Shown here piece by piece: positions 53,275 to 64,000 of a stretch of DNA of 64,000 bases. The stretch covers positions 1-64,000 of the forward strand of contig NW_026854950.1 of NCBI RefSeq assembly GCF_026571515.1, read 5' to 3'. A program made the position numbers and the translations under genes. Below the pieces are notes generated by a model. It had not been told where the DNA came from and made no database searches. It saw only the letters and a list, made by a program, of their open reading frames with translations. The number at the start of each line of letters is the position of its first letter. Position 1 is the first letter of the stretch. This stretch comes from Ruditapes philippinarum (taxonomy: Eukaryota).

Positions 53275-53323
53275 ATGGTCTCAACAGCTTGTTTAAAATT
53301 CGATCAGAAAGTTGCAATAGTTA
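53275..53323 (+). pseudogene. 5' SDR fragment, unit 3 (cut inside exon 1)
   Basis: MVSTACLKFDQKVAIV, then homology ends at a retroelement tail. Confidence 0.8.
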
Positions 53324-53580
53324 ATAGTAATATTTAATTCAATAAAAATTTCCGCTGGACAGTGAGCTCCCCATAATTCTTTGCAATAATCATTGCACTG
53401 ATTCAGGGCTGTAACCTCTGCCAGCAGTTTACTACAATTTGAAAATGGTCGGTTTCAACAGGTGGCGTCTTAACGTCCGAAAATGAGAGAGTTTTGCTCC
53501 CTAGCACCGGATCCGAACACAGGTTATCGGCGTGGGACCAAGCCCTACCCCTAAGGTACCACCCCCCAGGACCCACAATA
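53324..53580 (-). mobile_element. SINE-like retroelement (or LINE 3' end) abutting the truncated SDR fragment
   Basis: Minus strand has box-A-like TGGTACCTTAGGGGTAGGGC, box-B-like GTTCGGATCC, and ends AATTAAATATTACTATT at the breakpoint. Confidence 0.5.
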
Positions 53581-53632
53581 CTACCCAAATATACTTCAAT
53601 ACATTCAAAATACATGTCAATACAAAATCAAA

Positions 53633-53712
53633 CAATTCTATCAAAAAATATAATACTGATACTATAAACTATGTAGTTTATAGTATCAGTATTATATTTT
53701 TTGATAGAATTG
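53633..53712. repeat. Perfect 80-bp palindrome (39-bp arms, 2-nt loop)
   Basis: CAATTCTATCAAAAAATATAATACTGATACTATAAACTA-TG-TAGTTTATAGTATCAGTATTATATTTTTTGATAGAATTG. Confidence 0.92.
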
Positions 53713-54955
53713 ATTCTAAATGTGAAAGCCCTGAACGTAATTGAGCGTAGCAATGTCTGAATTTCCTGATATTTAAGATAGATATATAAGTTTCTTGGTC
53801 ATAATTGTTTTTAATACGATTATACAATGAGAGACAATCACTAGAATCTAACTTGCTATACCATCCTTGCAAATAATTATCCTTAAGTCTTTGACAAAAC
53901 AAATGGAGAAACAATCTTTCATTTTGAACTCCTTGGTTCAACCAAACGTGCCCAAACCCATTACTACATAAGAGATGTTCAATTTCATTTGCCCAATTAA
54001 AATATTTAGCACATGTTGTACTTGAAAGCATTCTATAACAAATTTTTACATATCTGTCATTAGGTAATTTCAATAATTTGAACCAGTACTTTATGCAACG
54101 CATGGCAGATTCTACATAAATTGGATAACGACCACAGTCGCCTAATACTACATTATTACTAGATGTTCTATTTGAATAAGCTCACAATTTTCACGGGTTT
54201 TAAAACCCCATAATTCGGATCCATACAGAAGGATCGGTAATATTTTGGTATCAAATAATTTAAAAAATATGTTTGAAGGCAATTGTCCATAATCATACAA
54301 AGAAGAAAGTAAAGAAAATAATACTCGTTTAGCTTTCATTGCAAGTTCATTGCTCATAATATTTAACGACATAGTGGATGTAAATGTTACTCCAACATAG
54401 GTAAAAGAATTAACTATTTCAAGTTGCTGATTATTATAATAAAAACATTCATTACGCGCTAATCGACTGCCCTTTTTAAAAACCATGACTTTTGTTTTTG
54501 ATATATTTACTTGCAAACAACTAGACTTGCAAAACGTTTCTAATACATTAAGTTGATATTGTAAATCTCTAACTGTTTGTGCAATCAAGGCTACGTCATC
54601 CGCAAACATTAGCAGCCATATTGAAATTTCATTTGGCATTATCTGTATACCTTTAATTTTATCGTCATTGTTCATCATAACTGATAATTCATTTATAAAA
54701 AATGAGAACAATTTCGGCGAAGCCAAACATCCCTGCTTGAGGCCCATCGGGCAATTAAAATAATCGGAGATTTGACCGTTAGAACGTACACATGCTTTTA
54801 CATTATTATACATAGCAATAACAGAATTTAAAAGATTTCCCCTTATATTAGCATTGTAAAGTATTTGCCAAAGCTTGTTACGATTGACAGAATCAAATGC
54901 TGTTTTGAAATCAACGAATGCAACATATAATTTGCCCCTTTTCTTTGAAAGTGCC
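53713..54955 (-). mobile_element. 5'-truncated non-LTR retrotransposon (LINE) ORF2: reverse transcriptase and C-terminal region
   Basis: ORF 54148-55059 has LYVAFVDFKTAFDSV, GLKQGCLASPKLF, LMFADDVAL, KTKVMVF, FTYVGVTF. It continues after a deletion/frameshift as VLGDCGRYPIYV...GFGHVWLNQGV...LRSGLSHLE (ORF 53678-54103). Clade not determined (RTE-X/L2-like by resemblance). Confidence 0.92.
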
Positions 54956-56284
54956 ATGATTTCAATTGGCATGGGCGACTTGTGTCTTAATGTTTGTTCT
55001 GCTACGTAGGTATCATGTCTGTATTTTGACAAAATGAATGTAAAGATGTATACTATCAAATAACTATACCAGGAAAAATAAATATGTTTATACAGAAATG
55101 TTTTTTCCCCCTTTTCCTAGTTTAGAAAGATACCTTGAGCTTTTATTTATGATTTGTGTCATAGTTTGGGGACCTTTCTGTTGAAAATGTGTCAGAGTTA
55201 AATTCATTACATATACATGCACAGTGCGTTAACTGGAGTGCAGGCACTCCAGAGCATGCCCATTGATTGACTCATTTTTGCTGGGGTTTACTTATTGTGA
55301 CGGCAGAGAAAGGGAAAGCGATAGAAATATCATATTCAGATGCTCGTTTATTGGTTACTTTTTTTCTGGTTTTTTTTATTGTGACAACAGAGAACGTGTT
55401 TTTATGTTTGACTATGATACAAAAGAGAAAGAACATCAACACACTCGGCAATCTGATAAATACTCGGGGGGGGGGGGGGGGGGCTACGGCCCCTCGTACA
55501 AATCAGATAGCCTCGTGTTCCGATGCTCTTTCTGTTACATATTGTTCTCCGAAGGCTTTAGTTAACTAGTATCAATGTTAATCTTTTCTCAATTTTTATT
55601 CAAATGGTCATTTTCTCAATTACAAATGTATTTATTCTTTTGTTGAAGTGAACGGCTAGCATTTACATGTTAAATGTTTAGCCAAATGACGGAGCTAGGT
55701 TGTCAATTATGTGGTTTATTCACCGAATGTATTTATTTTAACACTGTCTGCGTCAGCTAACAATCAGCAATTAATATGAAGGTTATCCTATATATAAGGC
55801 TATAATAAATCCGCTGAATTTCATATATGGACATATCCATATTCCATGTTTGGAACTGCCCATTTACAATATCAAGTTCAAACAATATTAATTTTATTTC
55901 CAAATTTTAAAACATAAATATACATAACAACCAGAAGACATTGTTAAACAAATAGTATATGTAAGACTGACGATATAAAATATTAAGATAATTTAAGAGG
56001 TAAACAATGCTAATGACTTTATGACTTAATAAAATTCGGGAGATGATTTGAAAACAAGTTCAAGACATAGATTCATTTCCTCAGTGGGTTGGAAAGGATG
56101 ACGGCTGACTCGTCAAAATAACTTATAATGTTTTAAGATATGAATTTACAAATAAAGTGATAAAATTATGAATATTTGGATATCTAGATGAAAATTTAAG
56201 TTCGTACTTGCCAAGACTCCCAGGAACTCTGCATTTTGTGGGGCGCAAAACTTTTAAGATCACGCCCGGCAGACCAATGGTTAA

Positions 56285-56465
56285 CATTTTTATTTAAGTC
56301 CGATTATAAGAAAAGCTCGTGTAGCTGATATTAAACACTTTTGATGCCGCTTTCTGGAACTAGGCAATAATGGTGACATTTGAGGAAACATAGTTGTGAC
56401 CCGATTAGAGTTCGAACCAACGATCTTTGACTTGAGCGGCAGACACTTTCACCACGTGGCCACCC
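56285..56465 (-). mobile_element. Old tRNA-derived SINE, family 4
   Basis: Reverse complement starts GGTGGCCACGTGGTGAAAGTGTCTGCC...TTGGTTCGAACTC and ends in an AT-rich tail. Confidence 0.6.
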
Positions 56466-57436
56466 TCCTTAATTATAAAGCAACCAGGGCTTTATACGGG
56501 GAAGTCAAAGACCGGGCCCGCGAAGCGGGTCCGGGCTTTGGCTTGCCCGGCTATAGACTACACGTGTATATGTAAAAGAAAATCAAATAAAAAACAATTA
56601 AAAAATATATAGAATTCTATATCTATCAATGAAATTTTCAGTGTCAGTTCTAGTCGGGCGCCGCCATTTACAATGTAACTCAATGATAATAGGCGGGGTA
56701 TTCCGATAACGGAACAAATCTCAACTTTTCGGATAAATGATAATCGTCGAGTGTTCCGAGTGAAAACTGAAGCGGTGCATGTAATACCGAATAACACCTT
56801 TAAAACGGAAAGAATGAAAGGAATTTTTAACGACTTCCCCGTTCATAGGCCTTGCCTAATTTCATATTATATGCTTTGCAAATGGTCTAACTGCAAACAT
56901 GGTGAATGTACGTCGAGTCGAATAATCAAACAAAGACAACATTGTGATAAAGAAGGACATTTCAAGGAACACTTAAAATGATTTGGTTTCAAATCCGCAA
57001 TTTAACTATTATGTTCCTAGACACTAGAAGATATGCGCATGACGCGTATCACGTCTCAGTCAGCGCCATGTTCAAGTAATCTTTTTTCTGAAACGTGTCT
57101 GAATTGTGAATATTTACCTGTGGTGGTGGTAGTTTTCAGTCCGGATCACGGCTTTAAGCAACACTGAATTTACTAGAGCACAGTTCAGTCACGGCATCGT
57201 TCATGGTGGTCAGGCTGTCAAGGAACTGAAATTTGTGTGCATAACCAGAAATTTAAAGAGGTATATAATGCGAATGACCGTAGAAAGGATTTCATGATCA
57301 ATTTACTATAAAAGTGTCAAACTCAATTGTAATCAGCAATGATATTTTCTTTTTAGTTCACTCTACCGTATCATAGAAAAAAACACCACCTCATGATGAT
57401 TTTTTTTAGTTTTGTGGGTTTCGGGCCACTTCTTAA

Positions 57437-58055
57437 CCCATTACTTCATGAGCTTTTTGTGAAAAATGGCTGTTTTCATTAAAAGTCTCCCGTTACAAGT
57501 TCAAATTGCTATAATACTATAAAAACTGCTTCAACACTAATCAAACTTTGCACAAATGTTGACTGGACCATTGCCCTTGCAACAACATGCTCAGGCTTAA
57601 ATTTTCTGTTACCATGGCAACGAGGGGACATCTCAAAATTGCCAAAAATCACTATTTTGCGTTGATTTTTTCCATCAAAATTGATTTCAAAGTGCTGTAA
57701 CTTCTCAATGGATTGAGATAGAGTCAAATGCTTTTCAGCGTTGGTTACACAATACCTTATGATCAATCTGGGGTCATTTACAGCCTTTCACAAGTCCAAA
57801 ATTTTCTTGGCGATGAGGGGGACTCCGCGCCCCTTCAAACCCCCCAAACAGAAGGGGACACATCCCCCTTCTGGCAACCCCCTGATGTATCTTTTGGTTG
57901 GGGGCCGCGCCGAAAAAGAGGTCACTTTTTTAACAACATTTCTCAAACAAAAACAAGTGTTTGGGGCCTAAATAAGGCATTTTTTCATCATTTGAGACAA
58001 CAAAAAGGGGGGGGGGTGAAAAAGGCGTTAAAAGGCGTGTATATGAAGTAATGGG
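57437..58055. mobile_element. piggyBac-type MITE
   Basis: TTAA|CCCATTACTTCAT...ATGAAGTAATGGG|TTAA. Confidence 0.88.
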
Positions 58056-58659
58056 TTAAAGGACAGTCTATCAAAGGACGTAAGGTGATGAATAGTCTAG
58101 TCTGACCTTTCAAGAATACTCTCCTAATTGGAGATAATTCAGCATAAACGGCGCAGAAAGAAAACTTTATCAAGTTGTTCTTATTTCAGGTAAAAATCAC
58201 ACATTGTTGTATGTTCAGAAAAAGTATCTGTTGTTTTAACACCAAAACTTATTATTAAAATCATTTTAAGTCGGTGAGTATCTTGACTGAGGAACAATTA
58301 AAAAAATCAACGACTATTAGCTACAATGTATACTTCCTCGTGCAAATCATCCTACCAGATTCACGTGCGTTTATATTTGAGAAATTTCAGCAGTTTATTT
58401 TGTTGTTTTTATATTTTTGATTAAACTTTAATATAAAACTGTTCAAACCTTCATCTGCTAGTTAGGGTGGCGCAATAGCTCAGTTGGTAACTGGCTGTCA
58501 TTCCTGAGGTCCCGGGTTTGATCTTGGGTAACATTCAGTCCTAATATGAAATTAGGCAAAGCCTATGAACGAGGAAGTCGTGAAAAATTCCTTTCATTCT
58601 TTCCGTTTTAAAAGTGTCATTCGGTATTATATGCACCGCTTCCGTTTTCACTCGGAACA

Positions 58660-58824
58660 CAGGGACGGCAAAATCAATTGTCCGTATTGCCCAGGTTGTC
58701 CCACAGCCTGTACGGACAAGTGGAAATTTTCTAAAATTTACTATATAAGTACTATACGGACAAGTAAGGAAATGCTTCAAGTAAAAACGGACAAGTTAGT
58801 CAAAATCAGATTTTGCCGGCCCTG
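58660..58824. mobile_element. hAT-like MITE (165 bp)
   Basis: CAGGGACGGCAAAATC...GATTTTGCCGGCCCTG with duplicated GAACA. The empty site is seen in the inverted twin sequence at ~56755. Confidence 0.75.
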
Positions 58825-61590
58825 GAACACTCGACGATTATCATTTATCCGAAAAGTTGAGATTTGTTCCGTTATCGGAATACCCCACCTATTATCATTG
58901 CGTTACATTGTAAATGGCGGCGCCCGACTAGAACTGACACTGAAAATTTCATTGATAGGTATAGAATTCTATATATTATTACTCATTTAATTATGGGTTG
59001 AGTGATAAGAGGTATAAATGAAAGACAAATTACTGAAGTATCACTTTTATTATACGTGTAACAACATAAGGAAATTTTATTTATAGTAAATTAAAAAAAA
59101 ATAGAATAACATAGAAAGAACAACAAAGACATATTATAAGTATCAGTTTAAATATTGAAATCACTACCAGTAAAGTAATTAATATTATTCAAATAATAAA
59201 AAATATCAATATATTAAATATATTGACTATATAATGATTATTTTTTTGTAAGTCTAACTCTTAAACAATGAAATGCGAAACATGTATGAAATAAATTATC
59301 TTTTAAAATTATTTTCTTCATCAATTTATTAAACAGTAGTCATTAAACAGACTTAAGTAATTGTGGTGTTATCTCATCGCCTAATTAGTTGAATAAACAC
59401 TGAGACAATCAACTATCAGTTTGACACCTGTGACTATTAAATCAGTTGTATAAACACTGCACTTAAGCATCAACAGTTTACTATTCAGTGGTTTATTGGA
59501 CCATTAAAATATTTTTTGACAACAGCCAATTTAAACACAGAAACTTCTCCATAAGTTTTGTTTATATAATAATGAATTTTAGTCACATAAAAATGATTAT
59601 ACATGACAAATATTGAATAAAAGTCCCAATGCTCCTAATCTAATTTAAAGTTATTTCTGATTTCAATGGCCATTAAATTTTTTGACATATATCGCAAAAG
59701 TACTGTACTAGCATTAAATAATTTAACATTTTTTATCCCATGTTTAAAATTAACAACAAGAAGTTAATTATTGTCACAAGATTGTTCTGCTTTAAATTAA
59801 AATTGCCTTAAAATAGGCAGCCTATTGAGTCCATGTTTACAAAAGATCAAATAGTTAGTTATATTACAGTGTTATTTTAATCAAAAATAGTTTTTCTTTA
59901 AGTGAAATAATGTGATAATTGCACATAATGACATATGGATTAAAAATAGAAAAAAACACCTTATTTCAAAACAACAATAAAGAAGATAAGATAACTGAAA
60001 TGATAGAACTTAAAGTACTGAGTTTTAAGTCATTGACAAAAAAGTGAAATCCCCCTTTTTAATTTATTTTTATTAATTTTAAGGTATATTTTAGTTTAAT
60101 TTAATTCAATATTTTAGGTTTATTTTAGTATATCATAAGTATCAAAATAATTTTGGTATAAAAAGGGAGTGAAACGTCTTCAAGACGTTTCACTCCCATT
60201 TGGGAGTGAAACGTCTTGGTGTGAACCGTCTTGGTGTGAACCGTCTCAATAGTGAAACGTCTGTCTACCGTCTAAAGCCGGGCAAGCCAAAGCCCTACAT
60301 AATAAAGTTTTGTATTATCCTCTGTCAGTCAGTAAATGAGTAATTCATATTCTTTGCTTGGGCAGCAATATTAAGAAGATTACTTCATGTTCTCATGTAC
60401 ATGTGGTGGTGGGGGTAGCTGGCTTGCCTGATAGCAATCATAGTCTACAGCGTTTTGTTTTTTTTTCAGCCAATTTTATTTCCGCTTTTCGGTTATATTT
60501 ACAATCAGAAATTATAAGTATCTTTTTCCCAATTCACAGGCAAAAATTCCCAATCAAAAGTTGAGAGAAAAAAAAGATGATTTTTGTGTACGGAAAACAA
60601 TCGCAAAGGCTGTAGTAAATGTGTTTATAGACTTTGGTTGGACGGTGTTTAGGGCAAAGTCTGGGGAAAGAATTTGTCGAAAATATTTCCACTTTGTCCT
60701 GTTTGATCGGAAAACTGAAATTTTAGTCGCCGAAAAAGTTTCTGACATTTATATTTCACCACAATTGATTATGGAATGTAAACCGACATGATTAACATAC
60801 ATATACATTATTCACTTATAAATTGGCCATTTTGTGGTTGTTGTTTATCACTTGTTATCAATGTTACTTATGATAGTAATTAATTATAACTGTATTATAT
60901 GATTTAATGGCTATTAAAATATCAATCATCATTAAATCTGATATATATGTGATAGAATTTGGATTATCATTATGGATTAAAGAACTAAATTTACTGTTTA
61001 TCAATTGCATTGAATCACGGCTCAAAAAAACAATATTTAGGAAATGGTGTTAAAAGAAAGTTAAGAGTCAGAAACTTAAAATGAACATGCAAAATTAAAA
61101 AAAAAATTTGTTTGAACCTTAATCAAAATAGTTTTGATTGATATACATATAGCAAATGAAGATGGTGTATGGCAGCTATGTGCTTATGATAATTTATGTT
61201 AATGAGACTCAAGGACTGGATGATTGTCATTTTCATGTAAAAACTTAAGTATGCTGTTCTAAAGACTGCTATGTGCTTATGATAATTTGTGTTGTTTTAA
61301 AATCATTGCAACTTTGATTTTCATTTAACATTATTGGAAGTTTTGAAAATTATATTCAAATATTTTTTTCCAAAATTTTAGCAAAACAAGGCAAAAATTC
61401 CCAATCCCAAGGGTATGGTTCATGTTCCTAAAATACTGAAAAAGAACCCTTAACTAGATTTTTATTTCCTTTTCAGGTTTGCTTATTTGACTTTTTACAA
61501 AATGAAAATTGACAACATTTTAATTACAGATTGAACAATACATAACTAACAGTAAGTTTACAGATATTAAGAAAAGTTCAGTTCTTTTCA

Positions 61591-63079
61591 ATGGAAGAGA
61601 ATGAAGAGGTCAAGAAAGAATTAAATACTGAATCTACAACTACAGATGTGACAGAATTCAATATCAACAGGAAAATATTTGTCGGCAATGTCAGCTACAG
61701 GGTAAGAATTTAAAAGTAGACTGTATTAGAATACTCAATAGAGGAATTAAGCTATTAAAGGTTGAACTCTTATAATGAAAACATGGCATTTCAGCCAGAA
61801 TTACTTCCCATCTTGCTTAGAAATTTATGGTGTTTAAGGAAGATGATTTGAGCCGCGTCATGACAAAACCAACATAATGGGTTTGCGACCAGCATGGATC
61901 CAGACCAGCCTGCACATCCATGCAGTCTGATCAGGATCCATGCTGTTTGCCTACAAACCCTATAACAAGTAGAGAAACTGATAGCGAACAGCATGGATCC
62001 TGATCAGACTGCGCGGATGCGCAGGCTGGTCTGGATCCATGCTGGTCGCAAACCCATTATGTTGGTTTTGTCGTGACGCAGCTCATCATCAATTATTGGT
62101 CAGTTATGATTGTAATAGCTAATATTTAGAAATATATTACCAATTTCTTCTCAACTTGACAGCAAAAAAAAAAATGAGCAAAATATCACTTTAACTTGTA
62201 TTAAATAATATAAGGTGATAACCTGTTACTGCACTAGGATGACAATACATCTGAATGTATCATCTGAAGTACAGGGTTGATATTATTATAATGAAAGGAT
62301 TTAGGCTATTAGCAATACTTGTGAAAGGTTACCAGTTACATGTACTTTATTCATAATAATTTTTTAAAACACCTTTAGAAATTTGAATTAATTCTTAATT
62401 CTTCTTGTTGCAGATAAAGTCAAGAAAACTAAGCAAGTTTTTCAGTAAGTTTGGCCCAGTTGACTACTGTTACATCGTAAAAGACCATATTAAGAAATGG
62501 TCAAGAGGGTAAGTGATCTTATTAAGATCAAATTATGAAAGAAAAAAAACTTATTAACACATACTATTAAACCTGCATATATATAGTATTATAGACATAT
62601 ATAATAATATAATTTTTGTATGGCGGAAAAGAGTTAAGACCATGTCAAAACTTTTTACATTTCTGTACTTACATGGAAAATTGAAACAAAACTCAGTAAA
62701 AAAAAAAGATGAAAGTACATCATAAAATCAAAGACTTTTCAAAGTAATAAAAAATCCATCTTATAGACAAGTACATTATTTGCCATGATTGTTGACTAAC
62801 AAATATTCCCCTTCTTCTAAACAATATGGAATGCCTCTACTGAAGGGCTATGGACCCAGTTCCCTGTATGGTTAATAAGGCCCTGCCATGTAATCTCAAG
62901 GGATTTTAATATCAAAAGTGTCGGCTGCCATAAATTGAAAATGAGGTCATGTTGAACTATTTTGGGGCTGGCCTGGCTTCATACTGGTGGCAAAGGCACA
63001 TAGTCTTTATTATCACATCAAAGAGTTAATAATCTTATTTTACAGAATCGCCTTTGTGACCTTCATAGCATTCAGCTAA
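61591..63079 (+). CDS. RRM-domain RNA-binding protein, first coding exons (apparently ends prematurely after RNP1)
   Basis: Exon 61591-61701 MEENEE...NRKIFVGNVSYR|gtaaga (RNP2). Exon 62414-62508 IKSRKLSKFFSKFGPVDYCYIVKDHIKKWSRG|gtaagt. Exon from 63046 (ttttacag|) IAFVTF completes RNP1 RGIAFVTF, then IAFS* at 63077-63079. Upstream acceptor tttcag| at ~61476 implies an earlier exon. Confidence 0.8.
61850..62084. mobile_element. Palindromic MITE in RRM gene intron (GAG...CTC termini, Sola-like)
   Basis: ~100-bp arms GAGCCGCGTCATGACAAAACCAACATAATGGGTTTGCGACCAGCATGGATCCAGACCAGCCTGC... and its reverse complement. Confidence 0.85.
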
Positions 63080-63225
63080 TTTAAGTGACATCATGCTTAT
63101 ATTTTCCTTGTCAAATTGAGCTGAATTAACTATGTATTTAATAAGATTTACTGTTAAAATAGCAATTGACCAACGGTTGATATTGTAAAAATATAAATCT
63201 GCCGAAAATATAAAAAGATTTCCCA

Positions 63226-64000
63226 TTTTTTTAGCTCACCAGAGCCGAGGCTCAGGGTGAGCTATTTGTATCAAAGGGGGATGCTCCGGCGTCCGTCGTC
63301 ATGCGTCAATAATCATCTTCTTCTCTGAAACTACTAAGCAGATTTACTTCAAATTTGGTCTGTAGCATCCTTGTGACAGTCACACTTGAATTTGCTCATG
63401 TCATTCCAAGTGGCCCCTTTAAGGGGTCAGCAGAGCTAAAAATAGTAAAAACCTTTAAACATCTTATTCTACAGAACTAATTGATGGATGATCACTAAAC
63501 TTTGTCTGTAGCATTCCTGGGTAGTCTTTTATCAAGTTTGCTCATATGAATTTGATAAGCCCCTTTTAGGGGCCGCTAAAGCTAAAAATAGAAAAACTTT
63601 TAAAGGTCTATATCTACAGAACTAATTGATGGATGATCACCAAACTTTGTCTGTAGCATTCTTGGGTACTCTTTTATCAAGTTTGCAAATATTATTTTGA
63701 TTGGCCCTTTTTAGGTGTCTCTAGGGCTAAAAATAGAAAAACCTTAAATCATCTTCTCCTACAGAACTAATTGATGGATTGTCACCAAATTTTGTCTGTA
63801 GCATTCTAAGCTAGTCTTTTATCAAGTTTGCTCATATTTATTTAATTGGCCCCTTTCAGGGGCCGGGCCGCTAAAGCTAAAAATAGAAATACCGTTAAAT
63901 GTCTATTTCTAGAGAACTAATTGATGGATGATCACCAAACTTTGTCTGTAGCATTCTTGGGTAGTCTTTTATCAAGTTTGTTAATATTATTTTGATATGC
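63226..64000 (+). mobile_element. Helentron non-autonomous element with ~145-150-bp satellite array (runs off the window)
   Basis: T-run then TAGCTCACC...GGTGAGCTA inverted repeat and a short CGTC tract. Monomers marked by CTA(C/G)AGAACTAATTGATGGAT at 63469, 63614, 63759 and 63909. Confidence 0.8.

Larger units (their letters stand above)
37880..53323. repeat. Segmental duplication unit 3 (interrupted by the N gap, right end truncated)
   Basis: Unit start motif at 37880. Collinear from 40200 to 53323, where homology stops inside exon 1 of the plus-strand SDR fragment. Confidence 0.88.
56490..60308. mobile_element. Helentron-like composite element (~3.8 kb)
   Basis: 26-bp subterminal inverted repeats (56533-56558 and 60270-60295, 1 mismatch), a GC hairpin CCGGGCCCGC-GAA-GCGGGTCCGG (56512-56534) at one end, CTTTAT/ATAAAG termini and GTGAAACGTCT repeats (60169-60262). 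Confidence 0.6.

Noticed and set aside
54956-55059. N-terminal ~35 aa of ORF 54148-55059 as part of the RT
   Set aside because: RT similarity begins only near LSKKRGKLYVAF. The upstream part looks like read-through into flanking DNA of a 5'-truncated LINE.
56558-58990. Paired similar ORFs (NTRRLSFIRKVEICSVIGIP...) on opposite strands as duplicated genes
   Set aside because: They are the two arms of an inverted repeat, one interrupted by a MITE, with no recognisable domain or splice structure.

Overview
Eukaryotic, AT-rich, intron-containing DNA. The SINE, MITE and satellite content resembles a bivalve mollusc (inference). Most of the window (~1.27-53.3 kb) is a tandem array of a ~18-kb unit. 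Each complete unit holds a 9-exon, minus-strand short-chain dehydrogenase gene of the HSD17B14 (17-beta-HSD14 / L-fucose dehydrogenase) family. I spliced all three copies by hand (3129-15253, 21470-31851, 41423-49768); each gives an intact 263-aa ORF with the NAD-binding and catalytic motifs. Each unit also carries a divergently oriented, decayed 5' fragment of a second SDR paralog on the plus strand. Left of the array are the last two exons of a CUB-domain gene. Right of it are a SINE-like insertion, a truncated LINE, a nested Helentron-like/piggyBac/hAT cluster and an RRM gene that appears to stop just after RNP1. An N gap (39893-40199) has ~90%-identical sequence on both sides and may hide further units. 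No CRISPR, rRNA, true tRNA or prokaryote-type system is supported. The best novelty candidate is a recombining HSD17B14-like cluster with a remodelled active site and a burst of amino-acid change in the substrate loop of one copy. Coordinates and counts were made by eye; no database search was run.
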